Source: an uncultured Methanomassiliicoccales archaeon
Lineage (GTDB): Archaea; Thermoplasmatota; Thermoplasmata; Methanomassiliicoccales; UBA472
Direction: 5' to 3'
Assembly: GCA_942492955.1 (NCBI GenBank)
Contig: OW818644.1
Coordinates: 2,436,855-2,500,854, forward strand
DNA length: 64,000 bases
Shown here: positions 56,301 through 64,000 of the stretch, piece after piece
Layout of the letters: the number at the start of each line of letters is the position of its first letter
How positions within the stretch are numbered: the stretch's first letter is position 1
Made by a program: the position numbers and the translations under genes
Notes under the pieces: model-generated
What the model was told of the DNA's origin: nothing
Seen by the model: the letters and a program-made list of their open reading frames with translations, nothing else
Databases searched by the model: none

Positions 56301-59300
56301 GGGTCTTCGGCGTTCACTTCATGCGACGGACTGACCTCCGTGAACATCCCCGCCAGCGTCACTTCCATCGGCGCCAGCGCGTTCTCTTCCTGTAATGGAC
56401 TGACCTCCGTGAACATCCCCGCCAGCGTTATATCCATGAGCAGCGGCGCATTCTATGCGTGCACCTCCCTCACCGCCATCAACGTCGATCCGGCCAATGC
56501 GTTCTATTCTTCAGTCAACGGGGTTCTTTATGACAAGGCTATCAGGACTCTGTTGCAGTGCCCGGGCGGAAAGGCCGGATCGTTGGCCATCCCGGGAACG
56601 GTGACGACCATTGCCGATGGCGGATTCTCCTATTGTTCCGCCATCACCTCCGTGACCATCCCTGAAGGGGTCGTTAACATCGGTTCGAACGCGTTCTACT
56701 CCTGTTCCGCGTTGACATCTGTGAACATCCCCGCCAGCGTCATCCTCATCGGGAGTTCGGCATTCACAGACTGCCCCTCCTTGAACGCCATCAATGTCGC
56801 CCCATCGAACGCCATGTTCGCCAGCGTTGACGGCATTCTTTATAACAAAGGGGTCACCAATCTGATGTTATGTCCGGGCGGAAAGGCTGGCTCCATTACC
56901 ATTCCCGCATCGGTCACCTCGATCGCCAACTATGCTTTCGAGTACTGTGAATCCATCACCTCCGTGACCATCCCGGCAGGGGCCATTTCGATCGGGACAT
57001 ACGCCTTCTACTCCTGTTCCGCGTTGACATCCGTGACCATCCCCGCCAGCGTCACGACCATCGGCAACTATGCATTCGGTTATTGTTCCGCCCTCACCAC
57101 CGCGGTCATTCCGGCCAACGCCAGAACATTGGGCAATAGCGTGTTCTACTACTGTTCCGCGTTGACATCCGTGACCATCCCCGCCAGCGTCACGACCATC
57201 GGCAACAATGTATTCGTCTACTGCACTTCGATGACCGCGATCAACGTCGATCCGGCCAACGCCAAATACTCCAGTCTGGACGGCGTCCTCTACGACAAGG
57301 CCAAGACCGCCGTCATCCAGTGCCCCGGCGGAAAGGCCGGGTCGCTGGTCCTCCCCGATACCGTCACCACCATCGGCACTAATGCTTTGAGATCCTGCAA
57401 CTACCTGACATCCATAAACATCCCCAACGGTGTAGCCTCCATCACAGCCAGCACCTTCTCCTACTGCCCGATCTTGAGTTCGATCAACGTCGATCCGGCC
57501 AACGCCAAATACTCCAGTCTGGACGGCGTCCTCTACGACAAGGCCAAGACCGCCGTCATCCAGTGCCCCGGCGGAAAGGCCGGGTCGCTGGTCCTCCCCG
57601 ATACCGTAACCACCATCGGCGCGAACGCCTTCTACAACTGCGTCTCCATTACCTCCGTGACCATCCCGGCAGGGGCCATTTCGATAGGGAACTACGCCTT
57701 CTACTCCTGCTCCGCGTTGACATCCATATCCATACCGGCCAGTGTCACCAGCATCGGCAGTTACGCGTTCTACAATTGTTACTCCTTGACCGCCGTGACC
57801 ATCCCCGATGGCGTCACATCCATCGCCAACAGTGTATTCTATTCCTGTTCCGCGTTGACATCCGTATCAATACCGGCCAGCGTCACGACCATCGGCAGCT
57901 ACGCGTTCTACAATTGCTACTCATTGAACGCCGTTACCATCCCCGCCAGCGTCACCAGCATCGGCAGCTACGCGTTCTACTCCTGTTCTGGCCTTACATC
58001 CATGACGATCCCGTCGGGCGTCGTTGCCATCGGCCTCAGCGCTTTCTATTATTGCCCCGGCCTGACCGCGATACACGTGGATCCAGCCAACACCAAATAT
58101 GCCAGCGTCGACGGGGTGCTCTACGACAAGGCGATCACGAACCTGATCCAATGTCCTGGCGGCAGGACCGGACAGGTCGTCATTCCCGATACCGTCACCA
58201 CCATCGGACCAAATTCTTTCTATTACTGCTATAGCCTGACCTCGGTGACCTTGCCTTCCAGCCTGAAGAACATAGGGGCAAACGCGTTCTACTACTGTTA
58301 CGCCCTTAACTCGGTGATCATCCCGGAAGGAACGCTCACCATCGGCACCTACGCGTTCGGCTCTTGTGAATTGCTCACCGAGGTCTCGATCCCGGCAAGC
58401 GTGGAGTCGATAGGCTCCTCGGCCTTCTACTCCTGCACCTCCCTCACCGCGATCAATGTCGATCCGGCTAACGTCCACTATGCCAGCGTCGACGGGGTGC
58501 TCTACGACAAGGCGATCACCACCCTGATCCTGTGCCCTTCCGGCAAGACCGGTCCATTCGCCGTTCCAGGAACGGTCACCTCCATCGGCACCTACGCGTT
58601 CTATTACTGTTCCGGCCTGACCTCGGTGACCCTGCCGGCGGGTCTTACCAGCATCGGCAGCTACGCGTTCTATTACTGTTCCGGCCTGACCGCGCTGAAT
58701 ATCCCGGCCAGTGTGACATCCATGGGCTCTTTGGCGATCTACTATTGTTCCGCCCTCACCGCGATCAATGTCGATCCGGCTAACGTCCACTATGCCAGCG
58801 TCGACGGGGTGCTCTACGACAAGGCGATCACCACCCTGATCCAGTGCCCTTCCGGCAAGACCGGTTCTCTCGTTATCCCAGGCACCGTCACCATCATCGG
58901 GAGCAATGCGGTGTCCAGCTGCCGGTTCCTTACCTCGGTGACCATCCCCGCCAGCGTCACGACGATCGGCAGCTACGCGTTCTACTCCTGTTCCGCGTTG
59001 GCATCGGTGACGATACCTGCCAATCTGACCTCCATCGGCAGCTACGCGTTCTCCTATTGTACGGCACTCACATCGATCAACGTCGATCCGGCGAACACCA
59101 ATTATGCCAGCGTGGACGGCATCCTGTACAACAAGGATATTACCACGCTGATCCAGTGCCCCAGCGGCAGGTCCGGTTCCGTGATCATCCCGGGAACGGT
59201 CACCACCGTCGGAGCGAACGCGTTCTCCTATTGTTACGCCCTCACCGCCGTGACGATACCGTCCAGCGTAACCAAGATAGACAACGAGGCGTTCTACTAT

Positions 59301-61970
59301 TGCACCGGCCTCACGTCCGTGACTATCCCCGCCAGCGTCACGACGATCGGCAGCTACGCTTTCTACGAGTGCACTGGGCTGACGAACGTCACCATCCCCG
59401 CCAGCGTCACTTCCATCGGCAGCTACGCGTTCGCGTACTGTAGCTCGTTGACCTCCGTGACCATACCGGCGAGCGTGACGATGTTGGGCTCAAACGCTTT
59501 CTACAATTGTCTGTCACTCGCCGCCATCAACGTCGACGCAGGGAACTCGGTCTATGCCAGTTCAGACGGTGCTCTCTACGACAAGGCGATGATGACCCTG
59601 ATAATGTGCCCCAGCGGCAGGTCCGGTCCGTTCACCATCCCCGCCAGCGTCACCTCGGTCAGCAGCAACGCGTTCTACTCGTGCAGGTTCCTGACCTCCG
59701 TGACGATCCCGTCCGGCGTCAGGTCCATCGGAACGTACGCGTTCTATGACTGCAATTCGTTGACCGAATTGGTCATACCATCAAGCGTCACGACGATCGG
59801 CAATAACGCGCTGTACTACAGCAGCGCCCTCAGATCGATCAGCGTCAACTCCAGCAACCCGAACTATGCAAGCGTGGACGGTATCCTGTATAACAAGGAT
59901 ATAACGACCCTGATCCAGTGCCCGAGCGGCAGGTCCGGTTCATTGGAGATCCCGGGATCGGTCACGAGCATCGGCAAATATGCTTTCTCTCTCTGCACGT
60001 CCTTGACATCGGTGGACATCCCATCCAACCTCACCTCCATCGCGAACTGGGCCTTCTATTACTGCTCGGCCATGACGGCGATCAACGTGGATCCCGCGAA
60101 CCCGGTCTATGCCAGCGTCGACGGGGTGTTGTACGATAAGTCGATGACGACCCTCATATTGTGCCCCAGTGGCCTGCCCGGCGCACTGGTCATCCCCGGC
60201 ACGGTCACCGCCATCGGACCGAACGCCTTCTATTACTGTACCGGCCTGACGTCGGTGACCATTCCCACCAGCGTCACCACCATCGGAAATGCCGCGTTCT
60301 ATTACTGTACTGGCCTGACATCCGTGACCATACCGGCAAGCGTCAGATCGATCGGGGAGAGCGCGTTCGATGATTGTTCCGCCCTCACGGCGATCAACAT
60401 TGACCCGGCCAACGCAAACTATTCGAGCGTCGACGGCGTGCTTTACAACAAGGCAATGACCACCTTGGTCCAGTGTCCAGGCGGAAAGACCGGAGCGATC
60501 ACCTTGCCCGCCACGGTGGCCTCCATCGGCAGCGGTGCGCTGTACAATTGTGCCGCCCTGACGGCAATAGATGTGGCCTCGGGAAATCCGAAGTATGCCA
60601 GCGTCGACGGCGTGCTCTACGACAAGACGCTGGCGACCCTGATCCAGTGCCCGAGCGGCAGGTCCGGTTCGGTGACCATACCGGCCAGCGTCACTTCCAT
60701 TACTGGCAATGCATTCTACGCATGTTCCGCGCTTACCGCGATCAACGTGGCTTCGGAGAACGCATTATACGCAAGCGTCGACGGGGTGCTCTACGACAAG
60801 GCGATGAAGAGCCTTATCCAGTGTCCGGGGGGAAAGGCTGGAGCGATCAGCGTTCAGGCCAGCATTACCTCTATCGGGTATTATGCATTCTACAACTGCG
60901 GAGCGTTGACGGCCATCAACGTCGATTCCGGTAACGCCAATTATGCCAGCGTCGACGGCGTGCTCTACGACAAGACGCTGGCGACCCTGATCCAATGCCC
61001 AGGCGGCAAGGCCGGCTCGGTGACCATACCGGCCAGCGTCACCTCCATTGAGGACTATGCTCTCTATCCGTGTTCCGCCCTCACGGCGATCAACGTCGAC
61101 CCGGCCAACGCCTACTATGCCAGCGTCGACGGCGTCCTGTACGACAAGGGCATCGCAACCCTCTTCCAGTGCCCGAGCGGCAGGACCGGCCCGCTGAACA
61201 TACCGAGCTCGGTCAAGGCCATCGGCTTGAACGCCTTCTATTCGTGCGTGTCGCTGGGCCGAATGCAGTTCTGGGGCGATGCACCGGCATGCGGCGACCA
61301 GTGGATCGGTGGCCACAGAGCTCCATTGACGATATACTACGTCAACGGCACGGAGGGATTCACCACTCCCATCTGGTTCGGGGTCCCGACCTTCGCCACC
61401 TACCTGGTCACCGGGAAGGTGGTCGACTCTGACGGAAAGGGATTGGCGAACATCACCGTGGCGCTGGAAAACGGGATCTCCGTCAAGACCGACGTCAGCG
61501 GCAACTTCACCATCCCGTCTCCCTTGGGAGACCACGCACTCACCGTCAGCGGTCCTGGGTTCGATTCCAAGCGCGTTGACATGAACGTGACCGATGCGGG
61601 ATTGGCGCTCGGGAACATTGCAGCGAACAAATCCGGTGGGGACCTGATCCTGATCATTGTCTTGATCATGGTGGCGGCAGTCGGCGTCGTGCTGGTGGCG
61701 TTCGTGGTGCTCAGGATGCGCAAGCGGAAGAACGCCGGGCCTCCGGCCACGTTCCCGCCGGTCGTACAAGACCAGGTCTCCCCGCAAGCGCCCGTCGAGG
61801 CAAAGGACGAAGGACCATCGCAAGGGACGACGGCTGGCGAGGTTCAAGATGCCGTTCCGGAACCGGCGGCGGTCACCGGGGAGGGTCAACCCCTGCCCCG
61901 TGCCTGTCCGGCATGCGGGTCTACTACCGCAGAAGGGTCATTCTGCGGCAATTGCGGTAAAAAATTGTAG
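53304..61970 (+). CDS. Giant (2,888 aa) BspA-type leucine-rich-repeat surface protein with CarboxypepD_reg-like domain, TM anchor and cytoplasmic Pro-rich tail ending in a zinc ribbon
   Basis: Signal peptide ...ILVIMLLMSTLVVVSGADEVSA. There are well over 80 ~23-aa units of the type IP.SVT.IG..AF..C..LTS(V/I). These are punctuated 22 times (manual count) by the unit I.VDPAN..YASVDGVLYDKA..TLIQCPGG. After the array come YLVTGKVVDSDGKGLANITV..., TM LILIIVLIMVAAVGVVLVAFVVL, RMRKRKN, a Pro/Glu-rich tail, and CPACGSTTAEGSFCGNCGKKL-stop. Confidence 0.85.
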   Translation: MAEDKFANLKCTILVIMLLMSTLVVVSGADEVSAATSGDYDFQLINADAEVEITKYHGQGGNVAIPGIIAGKPVTSIGSSAISNDPNIISIVLPTGITTIGSYAFYNCPGLLSVTIPSGVTSIGVYAFASCSVLTSINIPSSVTTIGPSAFYYCTSLTSIVVPASVTTIGLGAFAYCSALLTIDVDPANPSYASVGGVLYDKALTTLIQYPGGRTAQAVIPASVTTIGSYSFTSAGSLYSLTIPTSVVTIESSAFANCYNLISINIPSSVTTIGQSAFESCRSLAYVTIPSSVTNIGFDAFSYCSVMTTINVDPANPNYASIDGILYDKAMTAVIQCPGGYVGTAIIPGTVTIINDNAFYDCSSMTAVSIPASVTMIGDSAFYSCQALTSLTIPAGVTTVGYNAFAYCSALTTMTIPSGVVSIESSAFSSCPALTTIDVDPANMNYASVGGILYDKAITTLMLCPAGKTGPVVIPGTVVSIGSHAFDSCKSITSVTIPDGTQTIGTYAFSYCTSLTSVTIPAGVLTIASNAFSSCSGLTSVTIPASVISVTASSFQSCAALTTIDVDPANVNYASVNGLLYNKAVTTLMLCPNGRTGSVVVPDTVTTISNTGFTRCSLLTSVTLPDTVTSIGSYAFSQCAGLKSVNIPNGVTAIQNNLFASCAALTSIIIPDGTTTIAPNAFYLCTALTSISIPATVTHVGLNAFYGCSAMKTINVDPASMNYTSVDGMLYDKAVTTLIQCPGGRSSPVVIPDTVRTIGTNAFYYCTSLTSVTLPSSLTSVGSNAFYQCSALTSVTVPAGVTKIGASAFSYCNGLAAVDLPSTLTTIGGSAFLSCTALDSISIPGSVTAIGMSAFASCTALTAVTIPASVVSIGPSAFFSCTAISAIDVDPANANYASVDGVLYDKTLTTVIQCPDGKAGSVVLPGTVTTIADMAFYYCRSLTSVTIPIGVTVVGNSAFYGASITSATIPASVTAIAPSAFGSCYELTALTISSGVTAIGSSAFTSCDGLTSVNIPASVTSIGASAFSSCNGLTSVNIPASVISMSSGAFYACTSLTAINVDPANAFYSSVNGVLYDKAIRTLLQCPGGKAGSLAIPGTVTTIADGGFSYCSAITSVTIPEGVVNIGSNAFYSCSALTSVNIPASVILIGSSAFTDCPSLNAINVAPSNAMFASVDGILYNKGVTNLMLCPGGKAGSITIPASVTSIANYAFEYCESITSVTIPAGAISIGTYAFYSCSALTSVTIPASVTTIGNYAFGYCSALTTAVIPANARTLGNSVFYYCSALTSVTIPASVTTIGNNVFVYCTSMTAINVDPANAKYSSLDGVLYDKAKTAVIQCPGGKAGSLVLPDTVTTIGTNALRSCNYLTSINIPNGVASITASTFSYCPILSSINVDPANAKYSSLDGVLYDKAKTAVIQCPGGKAGSLVLPDTVTTIGANAFYNCVSITSVTIPAGAISIGNYAFYSCSALTSISIPASVTSIGSYAFYNCYSLTAVTIPDGVTSIANSVFYSCSALTSVSIPASVTTIGSYAFYNCYSLNAVTIPASVTSIGSYAFYSCSGLTSMTIPSGVVAIGLSAFYYCPGLTAIHVDPANTKYASVDGVLYDKAITNLIQCPGGRTGQVVIPDTVTTIGPNSFYYCYSLTSVTLPSSLKNIGANAFYYCYALNSVIIPEGTLTIGTYAFGSCELLTEVSIPASVESIGSSAFYSCTSLTAINVDPANVHYASVDGVLYDKAITTLILCPSGKTGPFAVPGTVTSIGTYAFYYCSGLTSVTLPAGLTSIGSYAFYYCSGLTALNIPASVTSMGSLAIYYCSALTAINVDPANVHYASVDGVLYDKAITTLIQCPSGKTGSLVIPGTVTIIGSNAVSSCRFLTSVTIPASVTTIGSYAFYSCSALASVTIPANLTSIGSYAFSYCTALTSINVDPANTNYASVDGILYNKDITTLIQCPSGRSGSVIIPGTVTTVGANAFSYCYALTAVTIPSSVTKIDNEAFYYCTGLTSVTIPASVTTIGSYAFYECTGLTNVTIPASVTSIGSYAFAYCSSLTSVTIPASVTMLGSNAFYNCLSLAAINVDAGNSVYASSDGALYDKAMMTLIMCPSGRSGPFTIPASVTSVSSNAFYSCRFLTSVTIPSGVRSIGTYAFYDCNSLTELVIPSSVTTIGNNALYYSSALRSISVNSSNPNYASVDGILYNKDITTLIQCPSGRSGSLEIPGSVTSIGKYAFSLCTSLTSVDIPSNLTSIANWAFYYCSAMTAINVDPANPVYASVDGVLYDKSMTTLILCPSGLPGALVIPGTVTAIGPNAFYYCTGLTSVTIPTSVTTIGNAAFYYCTGLTSVTIPASVRSIGESAFDDCSALTAINIDPANANYSSVDGVLYNKAMTTLVQCPGGKTGAITLPATVASIGSGALYNCAALTAIDVASGNPKYASVDGVLYDKTLATLIQCPSGRSGSVTIPASVTSITGNAFYACSALTAINVASENALYASVDGVLYDKAMKSLIQCPGGKAGAISVQASITSIGYYAFYNCGALTAINVDSGNANYASVDGVLYDKTLATLIQCPGGKAGSVTIPASVTSIEDYALYPCSALTAINVDPANAYYASVDGVLYDKGIATLFQCPSGRTGPLNIPSSVKAIGLNAFYSCVSLGRMQFWGDAPACGDQWIGGHRAPLTIYYVNGTEGFTTPIWFGVPTFATYLVTGKVVDSDGKGLANITVALENGISVKTDVSGNFTIPSPLGDHALTVSGPGFDSKRVDMNVTDAGLALGNIAANKSGGDLILIIVLIMVAAVGVVLVAFVVLRMRKRKNAGPPATFPPVVQDQVSPQAPVEAKDEGPSQGTTAGEVQDAVPEPAAVTGEGQPLPRACPACGSTTAEGSFCGNCGKKL
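57238..57364 (+). repeat. Exact 127-bp intragenic direct repeat, copy 1 (140 bp with one mismatch)
   Basis: Base-by-base comparison shows it is identical to 57481-57607, an offset of 243 bp or 81 codons. It encodes INVDPANAKYSSLDGVLYDKAKTAVIQCPGGKAGSLVLPDTV. Confidence 0.95.
57481..57607 (+). repeat. Exact 127-bp intragenic direct repeat, copy 2
   Basis: Identical to 57238-57364. Confidence 0.95.
58441..58530 (+). repeat. Exact 90-bp intragenic direct repeat, copy 1 (113 bp with one mismatch)
   Basis: Identical to 58753-58842, an offset of 312 bp or 104 codons. It encodes LTAINVDPANVHYASVDGVLYDKAITTLI. Confidence 0.95.
58753..58842 (+). repeat. Exact 90-bp intragenic direct repeat, copy 2
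   Basis: Identical to 58441-58530. Confidence 0.95.
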
Positions 61971-62324
61971 TGAGCTTCGGTGACGTGTCGTCCCATTCAA
62001 GCTCATCCAGTGTGACCGAGATCTCGATTAGAACATGTGTCAGGCCAATAATGGTCCTTGGGTGCTGTCCACAATTCAGGCCTGACAGATGAATCAACCT
62101 AGGAGCAAATCTATATAATTTTGTGGTCGAGAAGTTTGACTATCATTCGAAATTGTCATGGCGACAGCGTACTTGATGACACCATAGGGAGAAAGTAGCC
62201 TGAAAATGACGATGGCCAGGTAGGATTTTCACAAGGCCGTTTTCTTTTTGCCGCTCGTTATTACCGATAGCGTGTCGGAGTAATTGCATATAAGGAAGGG
62301 TCCTATATACATCTGGGAAGAAAA

Positions 62325-62786
62325 ATGGGTCTTTATCAACGCATCCTTGTTCCAACCGATGGAAGCGAATTCACAAAGGCGGCAACCATGCATGGCTTGG
62401 CGTTGGCCAAGATGGCCGGAGGGGAGATCACGGCCATGTTCGTGATCGATGATGATGTATACATGTCCAAGACCTGGGGGTCGATGCTGCCAACCGCAAT
62501 CCCCGATCTGACCCATGCCCTTGAGGAAGAGGGGAAGAAGGCAGTGGAGTTCGTCAGGTCCGAAGGGGAGAAGATGGGCGTCAAGGTGGAGACGAAGCTG
62601 GAATGGGGATCTCCGGCAAGCAAGATCATCCAGGAATCCGTGAAGTTCGACCTTATCGTAATGGGCTCGTTGGGGCGTTCAGGCGTTTCCAAGTTCCTCC
62701 TCGGAAGCGTGGCCGAGAAGGTGGTCAGGTTCGCTGGATGTCCGGTCCTGGTGGTAAAGAGCCGCGCGTTGCAGGAAAAACCCTGA
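62325..62786 (+). CDS. Universal stress protein (UspA family)
   Basis: ILVPTDGSE N-terminus, the ATP-binding motif GSLGRSGVSKFLLGSVAEKV, and the C-terminal CPVLVVK. Confidence 0.85.
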   Translation: MGLYQRILVPTDGSEFTKAATMHGLALAKMAGGEITAMFVIDDDVYMSKTWGSMLPTAIPDLTHALEEEGKKAVEFVRSEGEKMGVKVETKLEWGSPASKIIQESVKFDLIVMGSLGRSGVSKFLLGSVAEKVVRFAGCPVLVVKSRALQEKP

Positions 62787-62888
62787 GCCTGCCCGGTCCC
62801 TTCAACGACTCAAAGAACCGTCAATTTAACAAAGGAACAAGACATAAATAAGGTTGAACCGAATAGATGTTGAGGTGACAACACGCGC

Positions 62889-63575
62889 TTGTCCTTGAGG
62901 TCTGTTCCGTCGGTGGTGATGGCCGCATTCCTGATCTTCGCAGCCGTTCCTATAGCGGCCGATGCCGCCACGTTCAACACTGTCTATTTCGGCGGTATCA
63001 GGACCATCGATCCCGATTCATATTTCCTGGTCAAAGGAGTGAAGACTCTGGAGGACGCAGGCCTCAGCTGCAATTTGACCGTGCTCTTCGGGCCGAGCGT
63101 GGATCTGCTGGTCATGGACAAGACCAACTTCGAGAGCTACAAGCAAGGAACCTCATTCACATATCTGGGACTGAGCCGCCTTAATGTTGATACCGCTTTT
63201 ATCGCCAGCACCACCGGGGAGCTGCTGACCGGGACCGAGTACTATGTCGTCATCGACAACACCGCCAAGCCTTCGGGAGGAGCGTCCCCGCCCAGCGAGA
63301 ACGGCAGGACCCAGGTCGTCTACGAGTTCGGTGCCGGTAACGTCCAGGTGATCGATCCCGGGTTTGGCATCATCATGATCATCCTCGTGGTGATCGCGAT
63401 AGCCGCCGTGGTCGTTGTGGTATTGGTATTGTTCCTGGTCATGAGGAAAAAGGGTAAACCGCAACAGGTCGCCCCCTATCAGACGTATTATGGGGTCAAG
63501 ATCTGTCCCAGATGCGGGACTCAGGCATCATCGGAGCATCAGTTCTGTCCCAATTGCGGGAGCCGCCTGCAGTGA
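62889..63575 (+). CDS. Secreted/anchored protein: signal peptide + ~150-aa ectodomain + TM + cytoplasmic tail ending in a zinc ribbon
   Basis: Signal-like MSLRSVPSVVMAAFLIFAAVPIAADA (TTG start), TM FGIIMIILVVIAIAAVVVVVLVLFLV, MRKKGK, and CPRCGTQASSEHQFCPNCGSRLQ-stop. Confidence 0.6.
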   Translation: MSLRSVPSVVMAAFLIFAAVPIAADAATFNTVYFGGIRTIDPDSYFLVKGVKTLEDAGLSCNLTVLFGPSVDLLVMDKTNFESYKQGTSFTYLGLSRLNVDTAFIASTTGELLTGTEYYVVIDNTAKPSGGASPPSENGRTQVVYEFGAGNVQVIDPGFGIIMIILVVIAIAAVVVVVLVLFLVMRKKGKPQQVAPYQTYYGVKICPRCGTQASSEHQFCPNCGSRLQ

Positions 63576-63749
63576 GTCGATGGCGATCATCGGATCGTAA
63601 GATCTATTGAATTATTCCGGAGGCAATAGAAGTCTTACGATATCCTGCCCCAAAGTCGTTGCTTCGATGCTTTTCGCTTGAGTACGCTCCCATCCAATCT
63701 TAACGGGATGAAATCTGCATAGATTTCCCGCCACCCTTCCATTTCGATC

Positions 63750-63992
63750 TCAACCCAGGATGAACCCTACTATCGCGCCGATGATGAAACCGATGCTCAA
63801 CGGAAGCACACCGATCAAGAGGACACCCAAATGCCATGCCGATGAACCGTACTGTTGCACCAGCTGGGAAAGTATTGAGATATCAAAAGAGTAGAACCCA
63901 AAATATATGGCCACTGCCAGTATGACAATGATGATCAATGCTATCTTAAGAAATTTGACGGCTACAAAGCCCACAATCAAACCGAGGACCAA
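63750..63992 (-). CDS. Small membrane protein (3 predicted TMs); the N-terminus may extend past the window end
   Basis: Hydrophobicity is the only evidence. The Met at 63992 lies 8 nt from the window edge. Confidence 0.4.
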   Translation of the reverse strand: MVLGLIVGFVAVKFLKIALIIIVILAVAIYFGFYSFDISILSQLVQQYGSSAWHLGVLLIGVLPLSIGFIIGAIVGFILG

Positions 63993-64000
63993 GGGAATGG

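Larger units (their letters stand above)
53511..61268 (+). repeat. BspA-type LRR array (coding tandem repeats, 69-bp unit with larger supermodules)
   Basis: Periodicity read from the translation and the DNA. Copies range from divergent to perfectly identical (see the exact repeats at 57.2-58.8 kb). Confidence 0.85.

Noticed and set aside
53624-61889. Many long ORFs in other frames or on the opposite strand within the LRR giant gene (e.g. 54153-54755 -, 57921-58790 -, 60765-61889 -, 57563-58234 +)
   Set aside because: Their translations are Arg/Gly/Asp/His-rich low-complexity strings that mirror the repeat periodicity of the + strand gene. They are the expected by-product of GC-rich repetitive coding sequence and lack starts with any upstream signal.
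1-64000. Search for CRISPR arrays, rRNA or tRNA genes, IS elements, integrases or prophage genes
   Set aside because: None was found on reading all the intergenic spacers. The only repeats are coding repeats (LRR, Ig-like, propeller, PKD). A covariance-model scan (tRNAscan-SE, Infernal) would be the decisive check for small RNAs I could have missed.

Overview
This 64-kb window is GC-rich and densely coding, and it reads as archaeal. Supporting signs are an archaeal-style type IA topoisomerase, NikR/HypA/HypD, three sensor kinases sharing a TRHD(I/V/C)LN H-box, A/T-rich TATA-like boxes about 25-30 nt upstream of some start codons, and mixed ATG/GTG/TTG starts. My guess is a Thermoplasmata/Methanomassiliicoccales-like, possibly host-associated archaeon, but no marker gene in the window proves this. 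I can support about 48 protein-coding genes. I saw no rRNA, tRNA, CRISPR array, transposase or integrase. The layout falls into three parts. (i) 1-14.2 kb holds housekeeping genes (topA, PP-loop ATPase, folC, nth, DEAD-box helicase) interleaved with a metal-homeostasis neighbourhood: nikR, hypA-hypD, two tandem divergent CorA-like genes, bacterioferritin, a second ferritin-like protein and an ABC-2 exporter. (ii) 14.2-38.9 kb is mixed. It holds a chagasin-type protease inhibitor, a two-domain PPK2, an EF-Tu-like protein with a degenerate G domain, a REC-PAS-kinase, an ABC-F ATPase, a G3E GTPase, an FAD oxidase coupled to an unknown 453-aa protein, an HNH nuclease, a 7TM kinase, a QueG-like Fe-S protein, GNATs, a ThrE-type exporter, DUF1028, a RibD_C reductase, a radical SAM protein and an MFS transporter. 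(iii) 38.9-63.6 kb is a cell-surface island. It holds a PKD-domain protein, a 1,540-aa beta-helix/Ig-repeat protein, a zinc-ribbon membrane protein, a wHTH regulator, a secreted repeat protein fused to a site-2-protease-like membrane domain with HDxxH in place of HExxH, a T4 DenV-like glycosylase, a second REC-PAS-kinase, a 2,888-aa BspA-type leucine-rich-repeat protein, and a further membrane protein with a zinc-ribbon tail. The best candidates for something undescribed are four: the ectodomain-S2P fusion with its neighbouring membrane zinc-ribbon protein and wHTH regulator (a possible regulated-intramembrane-proteolysis cassette inside an adhesin island); the recurring 'GGD - TM - MRKRK' C-terminal anchor and the cytoplasmic zinc-ribbon tails on surface proteins; the GxN-less CorA-like pair beside the Ni/Fe genes; and the degenerate EF-Tu-like protein. 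All functional calls rest on motifs I read in the translations. No database search was run.
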